From positions 1,073 to 65,072 of the forward strand of contig JAEEHB010000034.1 of the NCBI GenBank assembly GCA_016280595.1: 64,000 bases of DNA. The letters are read 5' to 3'. Of this stretch, positions 58,044-64,000 are shown piece after piece. The stretch's first letter is position 1; each line of letters begins with the position of its first letter. The notes under the pieces are model-generated. The model was given only the letters and a program-made list of their open reading frames with translations, was not told the origin of the DNA and did no database searches. Position numbers and translations under genes: made by a program. The DNA comes from Clostridiaceae bacterium (GTDB taxonomy: Bacteria > Bacillota > Clostridia > Oscillospirales > Acutalibacteraceae).

Positions 58044-59360
58044 TTACTGAGCGTCGTTTTCGTCAAAAGCGTCTCCGCACTCGGGGCAGAATTTGGGAGG
58101 ATTGTGGGGATCTTCGGGAGTCCAGCCGCATTTGTCGCACTTGTAAACGGGTGCGCCGGCAGGTCTCTTTGCTCCGCAGTTAGCGCAGAATTTGCCTTTG
58201 TTCACAGCGCCGCAGGAGCATTTCCAGCCTTCGTCGTCGGGCTTCTTTGCGCCGCATTCGGGGCAGAAGTTGCCTGTGGCTGTTGCGCCGCAGGAGCATT
58301 TCCAGCCGGCTGCCGCGGGTGCTGCGGGTGCCGCGGGATTTGCGTTCTGCTGCTGACCCATAGCGTAAAGGTTGGCGGCGTTCATCGCTCCGCCTGCATT
58401 CATAGCCATACCCATGCCTACAAAGCCGTTCATTGCGCCGGATTCGTTGGATGCCGCTGCTCTCATTGCGTCGGCTGTTGCGCCGGTGATTGCCGCTGCG
58501 CCCATGGTGGGATCCTTGTAAACGGCAGTTGCCTGAATCTGCTTGATGCGTTCCTGATCCTCTTCGGGAAGAGTGACGGAGCCGAGAGCCACGGAAACAA
58601 CTTCAAGGCCCCTGATTTCGCCCCACTTCTGCGAAAGAACCTGGTTCATCGCATTTTCGAGGTCGGTGGTGTGGGTTACTATCTGGTTGGGACGGATTTC
58701 AAGATCGCTGAGCTGACCGAAAGCGGGCTGAAGAGCGCTGACGAATTCGGTTTTGAGCTGAGTGTCAAGTTCGTCTCTCTTGTATTCTGTGGTTACGTTG
58801 CCGCAGACATTGGTGTAGAAAAGAAGGGGATCGGCGATTCTGTAGGAATAAACGCCGCTGCATCTTATGGATACATCGATGTCAAGGCCGATTTTGGAAT
58901 CAACAACTCTGAAGGGGATGGGATTCGCGGTGCCGAATTTATTATCAACGAGTTCCTTGGTGTTGAAGTAATAAACTCTCTGGTCTTTGCCGGTGTCACC
59001 GCCGTAGGTGAATCTTCTGCCGACTATTTTGAAAGTCTCTTTGATTGATTCCTTGAGATTGCCGGTGAAGATTGAGGGCTCGGTGGATGTGTTATAGATG
59101 AATTCGCCGGGCTCTGCGCAGACCTCAACGATCTTGCCCTGCTCAACGATAATCATGCACTGGCCGTCTGCAACGGCGATGCCGGAGCCGTTTGAAATAA
59201 TGTTGTCATTGCCTTTGGTGTTGGAGGAACGGGAGGTAATCTGCTTGGTGCCTCTCGTCATAAGTACATCTTTGGGCATAGCCTCGCAATAGAAAAATTC
59301 CTTCCACTGATCGGCAAGTGTTCCGCCTAATGCGCCGGCGGCTGCTCTTATAAGGCCCAT
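58044..59360 (-). CDS. SPFH-domain protein with C-terminal zinc ribbons (YdjI-like)
   Basis: DQWKEFF, ISNGS.IAV, KFGT; WKCSCG..FCPECG repeats. Confidence 0.85.
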   Translation of the reverse strand: MGLIRAAAGALGGTLADQWKEFFYCEAMPKDVLMTRGTKQITSRSSNTKGNDNIISNGSGIAVADGQCMIIVEQGKIVEVCAEPGEFIYNTSTEPSIFTGNLKESIKETFKIVGRRFTYGGDTGKDQRVYYFNTKELVDNKFGTANPIPFRVVDSKIGLDIDVSIRCSGVYSYRIADPLLFYTNVCGNVTTEYKRDELDTQLKTEFVSALQPAFGQLSDLEIRPNQIVTHTTDLENAMNQVLSQKWGEIRGLEVVSVALGSVTLPEEDQERIKQIQATAVYKDPTMGAAAITGATADAMRAAASNESGAMNGFVGMGMAMNAGGAMNAANLYAMGQQQNANPAAPAAPAAAGWKCSCGATATGNFCPECGAKKPDDEGWKCSCGAVNKGKFCANCGAKRPAGAPVYKCDKCGWTPEDPHNPPKFCPECGDAFDENDAQ

Positions 59361-59392
59361 AGGTAAAGTCTCCTTTCAAATTTTATAAAAAA

Positions 59393-59533
59393 ATTATATC
59401 AATTAGGCGAAAAAAAGTCAACAATTCCGCCCTTTTGCCCGCTTGTATGTTTGCACAATAATAATTGTATTTATAGTTGAAAACACACAAAAACGTACTT
59501 TTATATTGAAAATATATAGTGCTTATGTTAAAA
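59393..59533. promoter_or_regulatory. Divergent sigma-A promoters
   Basis: Minus: TTGACT-17-TATAAT (59421-59393); plus: TTGAAA-17-TAAAAT (about 59506-59534). Confidence 0.6.
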
Positions 59534-59573
59534 TTACACGGATAATACAGGTTGCGAAAGGGGAGAAAAGCCT

Positions 59574-61082
59574 ATGACTTCCGAAGCGGTTCGCGAAGAA
59601 AACACAAACGAAACCGCCGGTCTTCAGGCGGCGCATAAAGACAGACGGTATGTAGGCACCAAAGAAACCGCGGCTTATATTCTTTACGACATAGCGCAGT
59701 CCTTCAATATCAACAAATACAGTGATATTTTTATCACCGATATTGTCAAGATAGGGCTCAGATTCCAGAGTATTGTCAGTTTTGTGGTCGGTCTGTGGGA
59801 TATGGTCAACGACATTTTCCTTGCCGCCATTGTTGACAAAACAAGGACAAGATGGGGCAAATTCAAGCCCTGGCTTATCATTTACGCAATCCCCGGCCTC
59901 GTGCTCTATACCCTTTACTGGACCATGCCCGTCACAATCGGCGGTATGGGCAAATACGATATCGGCAAACTGATATTCTTTCTGCTTTTCAGTCTGATTC
60001 AGAATCTCGCCGATTCCACCAAGGGTATCGCAAGGACCGGTATGCTCGCAACGATTACCCCCAATATCATTGACAGAACCAGGCTTATCACCGAAGCAAA
60101 CCTGCTCTCCGGTTTCGTTGAAAAGGGTCCCGAAATCATAATGGGCGTGCTGATTGACCTCGTAAACCACGGCAAACTCAAAATCAAGATGCCTTCGCTC
60201 TACATTTCCGCAGGCGTTTTCTGCAGCATTGTGAGCGGCGCTTTCGCGATTGCGTTTGCCTTCATAGCAAAAGAGAGAGTCAATCAGACTGTTGACAAAC
60301 CGAGTATCAAGGCGAGTTTCAAATCAATACTCACAAACAAGCCGCTGCTGCTCATAACCCTTTCCGAATTCCTCGGCGCTTTCAGCATCGGCTCCGGCGT
60401 AAACTATTACTACATCAACGTTCTCGGCCTTGCCACGATGTCCACCATAGTCGGCATCCCGGGCGCGATAGTTTCCCCGATTTCCTATTCTTATGTTCCC
60501 TGGGCAAGAAAGAAATTCTCCACCAAGACCCTCTGGGTTTTCGGCTCGCATATCAACGACTTCCTCATGGTCGGTGTTTTCCTGATAGGTTCAATCAACA
60601 AGAACTACAAGAAACTCGGCGCCATGATACCGGCATTTATGCTGCGTGAAACAATCTGGATGTTCTTCTGGGGCATAAGGTCTGTTATTCCCGAAGAGAT
60701 GCGAAACGAATCCATCGACTACGGCGAATGGAAAAACGGCTACAGAAACGAAGGCCTTACGGGCGTAGCAAAAGAACTGCCCAGAAAACTTATCAACACC
60801 TTCGGCAATACCATCAAAGCCGCAATTCTCCACAAGGTAGGCTATGTGGAAGGCGCGGGCTTCGGCGGTCAGTCCGAAAAGACCGAGTATTCACTCTTCT
60901 GGATGTGCACCATTCTTCCCGTTATCACAAGCATACTTTCCATCGTGCCCAAACTCTTCTATGACCTGAGCGGTGGAAAGAAGGAAAGAATGTATGCGGA
61001 ACTTTATGAGAGACGCGCGGCGATAGCGAATGAAGTTAACCAGATGAAAGACGAACTCGACGCGGATGCGGTCGGCGAATAA
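59574..61082 (+). CDS. MFS transporter, GPH/MFS_2 family
   Basis: WDMVND...IVDKTRTRWGKFKPW, DYGEWKNGYRNEG; about 12 TM helices. Confidence 0.92.
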   Translation: MTSEAVREENTNETAGLQAAHKDRRYVGTKETAAYILYDIAQSFNINKYSDIFITDIVKIGLRFQSIVSFVVGLWDMVNDIFLAAIVDKTRTRWGKFKPWLIIYAIPGLVLYTLYWTMPVTIGGMGKYDIGKLIFFLLFSLIQNLADSTKGIARTGMLATITPNIIDRTRLITEANLLSGFVEKGPEIIMGVLIDLVNHGKLKIKMPSLYISAGVFCSIVSGAFAIAFAFIAKERVNQTVDKPSIKASFKSILTNKPLLLITLSEFLGAFSIGSGVNYYYINVLGLATMSTIVGIPGAIVSPISYSYVPWARKKFSTKTLWVFGSHINDFLMVGVFLIGSINKNYKKLGAMIPAFMLRETIWMFFWGIRSVIPEEMRNESIDYGEWKNGYRNEGLTGVAKELPRKLINTFGNTIKAAILHKVGYVEGAGFGGQSEKTEYSLFWMCTILPVITSILSIVPKLFYDLSGGKKERMYAELYERRAAIANEVNQMKDELDADAVGE

Positions 61083-61147
61083 ACGGCGAAAAACAAACAA
61101 AAAAGTAAAAGAGGACTGCAAGTTTTGAACTTGCGGTCCTCTTTTTA
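61069..61147 (+). repeat. Structured dispersed repeat, copy E (head and terminator only)
   Basis: CGGTCGGCGAATAAACGGCGAAAAACAAAC overlapping the MFS stop; GAGGACTGCAAG..TTGCGGTCCTC hairpin nearly identical to copy D. Confidence 0.8.
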
Positions 61148-61185
61148 TACAAGCGGAGCGAAACGCTCCTTCTTTGCAAATTGTT

Positions 61186-63342
61186 TTATTCGTCTTTACT
61201 GAGTTTCGATGTGCTTCTCTGTGCCATAACAAGCCTTGCGTAGATTCCGTTTTGCTGCAGCAGTTCACGGTGGGTGCCCGTTTCGGCTATTCTGCCTTTT
61301 TCCATAACCACGAGCCTGTCGGCGTTTCTCAGAGTTGAAAGGCGGTGGGCGATTGCGAAAGTTGTTCTGCCCTTTATGAGCCTTGCGAGGGCCTGCTGAA
61401 TCTGCTCCTCGGTCTCGGGGTCGAGTGCGCTCGTTGCTTCATCGAGTATCAGTATTTTCGGATTCCTGAGCACCGCGCGCGCGATTGAAATTCTCTGCCT
61501 CTCGCCGCCCGAAAGATTGTGGCCGTCTTCACCCACAACGGTGTTGTAGCCGTCAGGCGCAGCCATAATGAAGGAGTGGGCGTTTGCCGCCTTTGCCGCC
61601 GCTATTATTTCGCCCGGCTGAGCGTCCGGCCTTGCGTAAGCGATGTTTTCATATATCGTGCCGGTAAAGAGGAAATTCTCCTGAAATACCACGCCGAGCT
61701 GCTCTCTGAAATCGTGCTGATTCATATCCCTTATATCCGTGCCGCCTATTGTGATAGAGCCGGAGTCCGCGTCATACAGGCGCATAATAAGGTTAATAAG
61801 CGTGCTCTTGCCCGCTCCGGAGTGACCGACCAGACCTATCATTTCGCCCTGCTTAACCGTTAAATCAATGTCCTTGAGCACGGGCTCATACGCCTTGTAG
61901 CCGAAGCGCAGGGAGGATATCACAAGGTCTCCGTCAAGCACGGCGGGTTTCGGGTCTTCCGCGTCTTCCACATCGTGCTTTTCGTCAACAATTTCAAATA
62001 TCTTGATAAGTGAAGCGGCAACGTCGCCGAGCCTCTGCGGAAGGCTGCTCATCCATCTGAGCGGCTGATAGATATAGGCAAGGAAAAGAGTGAATTCAAG
62101 CAGCTGGCCCGCGCTTATGGAGCCGGTGATTACCATCCTGCCGCCGAAATAGATTACAAAGAATTCGCCTATTCCCATAACAAACGACAGAATCGGAAAG
62201 GCTATTGCCCACAGGTGCTCGTTGCTTGTGCTCACCTTAGCAACCTTCCTTGAAGCGGCTGAAAATTTTTTGATTTCGCGCTCCTCGCTGCCGAAGGTTT
62301 TTACAACTCTTATACCTCTTACTATATCGTGTAGAATTGAGTTTTCTCTCGATTCGCAGCGCCACTGCTTCTGATATCTCACCTTGACCGTTGACCAGAA
62401 TTTGTGAATTGCGTAAGTAACAAGCGGCACGGGTATAAGCACCACGAGTGTCAGCAGGGGGCTGATGCTCAGCAAGATAATAAGAATCACTATGAACATA
62501 AGCAGTTTTTCGAGTGCGTACATTCCCTGCTCAACTATGAAACGCTTGACTTTGTCGGTGTCATTGCTCACCCTCTTCATAAGGTCGCCCGACGTTTTCT
62601 GCGACATTGAGGAGGCGGAGAGGCGCTGTACCTTGTCATACACGAGCACCCTCAGGTCGTTTGAAAGGTCGCCGCTCGCGATGTTTGCCTTGCGTTTGCT
62701 GAATATATTGAATACTTTGCTGAGAATCTGTGTGCCCGCCATCAGCGCGGCGACAATCGCAATACCGCGTGTTTTGTCCGCGTGCGGAAGAGTATTGTTA
62801 TAAAGATAATCGTCAATGAGCCTTGCGTTGAGTACCGGCAGAATTGCCGAGCAGATTGATGAAAGAATTACAAAGAACGATGCAAACAGCAGCACGCCCG
62901 TGTAAGGCTTCGCGAGGGACAGCAGTTTCTTTGCGAGGTAGCCCTTTTCCACGCAGAAAAGGCAGGTGTTCAGACCTTTTGCATAGTGTCTGCCGCATTT
63001 GGGGCATACCCTGAAGCCTTCTTTCGAAATCTCGGTTTCTTCGCCCGTGCTTATGTAGTGGTTGATTACCTTGCAGAATTCGCCGATTTCTTCAACGCAT
63101 CCCATTGAAAATCTGCATACTTCAAGGCTCTCGCACATATCGGCAGGGGAGTTAACGGGCACAAGTTCAAGCGTGCCGCAGCCGACGTAAGGGCGTATCA
63201 CAAGTTCTTCAATTCCGTCAATTGACGCTTCAAACAGAGTTTTGCCGCCGAGCGAAGCGGTCACTGTGCCGTCGCTGAAAAGCAGTGTTCCGGTGCATAT
63301 TTCTCCCGAGGGGGCAATATCAAATTTCGCCTGAGTGAGCAA
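61186..63342 (-). CDS. ABC exporter (TMD+NBD) with an extra N-terminal domain and zinc ribbon
   Basis: CPKC...CLFC; TM helices; GHSGAGKS, LSGGERQR, LDEAT, AHRL. Confidence 0.92.
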   Translation of the reverse strand: MLTQAKFDIAPSGEICTGTLLFSDGTVTASLGGKTLFEASIDGIEELVIRPYVGCGTLELVPVNSPADMCESLEVCRFSMGCVEEIGEFCKVINHYISTGEETEISKEGFRVCPKCGRHYAKGLNTCLFCVEKGYLAKKLLSLAKPYTGVLLFASFFVILSSICSAILPVLNARLIDDYLYNNTLPHADKTRGIAIVAALMAGTQILSKVFNIFSKRKANIASGDLSNDLRVLVYDKVQRLSASSMSQKTSGDLMKRVSNDTDKVKRFIVEQGMYALEKLLMFIVILIILLSISPLLTLVVLIPVPLVTYAIHKFWSTVKVRYQKQWRCESRENSILHDIVRGIRVVKTFGSEEREIKKFSAASRKVAKVSTSNEHLWAIAFPILSFVMGIGEFFVIYFGGRMVITGSISAGQLLEFTLFLAYIYQPLRWMSSLPQRLGDVAASLIKIFEIVDEKHDVEDAEDPKPAVLDGDLVISSLRFGYKAYEPVLKDIDLTVKQGEMIGLVGHSGAGKSTLINLIMRLYDADSGSITIGGTDIRDMNQHDFREQLGVVFQENFLFTGTIYENIAYARPDAQPGEIIAAAKAANAHSFIMAAPDGYNTVVGEDGHNLSGGERQRISIARAVLRNPKILILDEATSALDPETEEQIQQALARLIKGRTTFAIAHRLSTLRNADRLVVMEKGRIAETGTHRELLQQNGIYARLVMAQRSTSKLSKDE

Positions 63343-63376
63343 GGTAATTCACCTCCTTACATCCGGTAGTTGTTTA

Positions 63377-63910
63377 TCAATAAAGGTAGGGCTCGAGTTT
63401 TCTGCGGCTCTTTTTGGGTATGGAGTCGAAATCCAAAATCCTGTATCTGTTGCCGTCAACATCAATCAGGTCAAAGCCCTTTTCGTGGTAGCGTATGTTT
63501 TTGGTAAGATCCTTCACGGTGAAGTTTCTCTTTAAGTCGCCGAGCATCACGTCAAAATAGAAGTTGCCGAATTTTTCGCGGATTGAAAGAATTTCGGTGA
63601 TGACGGGGCTGAAATATCTCTGCGAAAGTTCTTCATTGATGAGTTTTTGATTTTCTTCTGAAAAATCCGAAATATGCTCTATGATGCCGAGTTCTTTCTT
63701 ATCAATATCGGATATGCAGACATAGTCATCGGGGAAAGAGAGCGGCAGAGCCCTTGCGAGCACCACTCTTTTGTATTCCGTGCCGTTAATTACGGCTCCC
63801 AGGAAGCCCTTCTCTGTTCTGAAAAAGCTGCAGGAATCCGGAGATAAATATTCCGCCTTGAGAGTATCGGGGGAGATGGTCTGCTGTTCGTTATTCTGCG
63901 TTTTGTTCAT
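63377..63910 (-). CDS. DUF1854-like protein
   Basis: RALPLS, ELGII, YFSP.I..I and DVDGNRY.I pattern; lies between ABC genes. Confidence 0.75.
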   Translation of the reverse strand: MNKTQNNEQQTISPDTLKAEYLSPDSCSFFRTEKGFLGAVINGTEYKRVVLARALPLSFPDDYVCISDIDKKELGIIEHISDFSEENQKLINEELSQRYFSPVITEILSIREKFGNFYFDVMLGDLKRNFTVKDLTKNIRYHEKGFDLIDVDGNRYRILDFDSIPKKSRRKLEPYLY

Positions 63911-64000
63911 TGCTCTGCTCCTCCTCTTCGCCGTTATTTGTGCACGAATCGGCGCCTATCGCTATGGTCTTGAGCGCTTCGGACTGAATCTTGTATAGCC
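63891..64000 (-). CDS. C-terminal end of a probable ABC transporter (5' part outside window)
   Basis: Manual translation LYKIQSEALKTIAIGADSCTNNGEEEEQSNEQNAE*; overlaps the DUF1854 start. Confidence 0.55.
   Translation of the reverse strand, partial: LYKIQSEALKTIAIGADSCTNNGEEEEQSNEQNAE

Overview
A 64-kb, mostly core-genome segment of a roughly 50% GC Bacillota (Clostridia, probably Oscillospirales) chromosome; the taxonomy is inferred from gene content and sigma-A-type promoters. Housekeeping genes: rarA, ctsR-mcsA-mcsB (no clpC), rlmD, rpsB-tsf, a long minus-strand run unknown-gyrB-gyrA-mgsA-hisS-aspS-serC-serA, ddl-DUF1934-argS, TPP riboswitch-thiT, a dCMP deaminase, a ydjIGH-like SPFH/Zn-ribbon/TPM operon, an ABC-DUF1854-ABC operon, two GPH-family MFS transporters and several secreted hydrolases. 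I saw no rRNA, tRNA, CRISPR array, transposase or integrase. Best leads: (1) a stand-alone six-gene GDP-heptose synthesis/modification operon containing a cobalamin-dependent radical SAM enzyme, with no GmhA or glycosyltransferase; (2) a structured dispersed repeat of about 230 nt present five times, always starting at the stop codon of a gene in a convergent pair, often next to GTAG-REP palindromes; (3) an McsB that has lost several catalytic residues, in an operon lacking clpC; (4) unusual fusions (VTT/DedA + nucleoside hydrolase; MBL + TIM-barrel isomerase; MFS + long charged tail); (5) a variable islet at the 3' end of rlmD. All calls come from reading motifs by eye and from recalled family knowledge; no database search was run.
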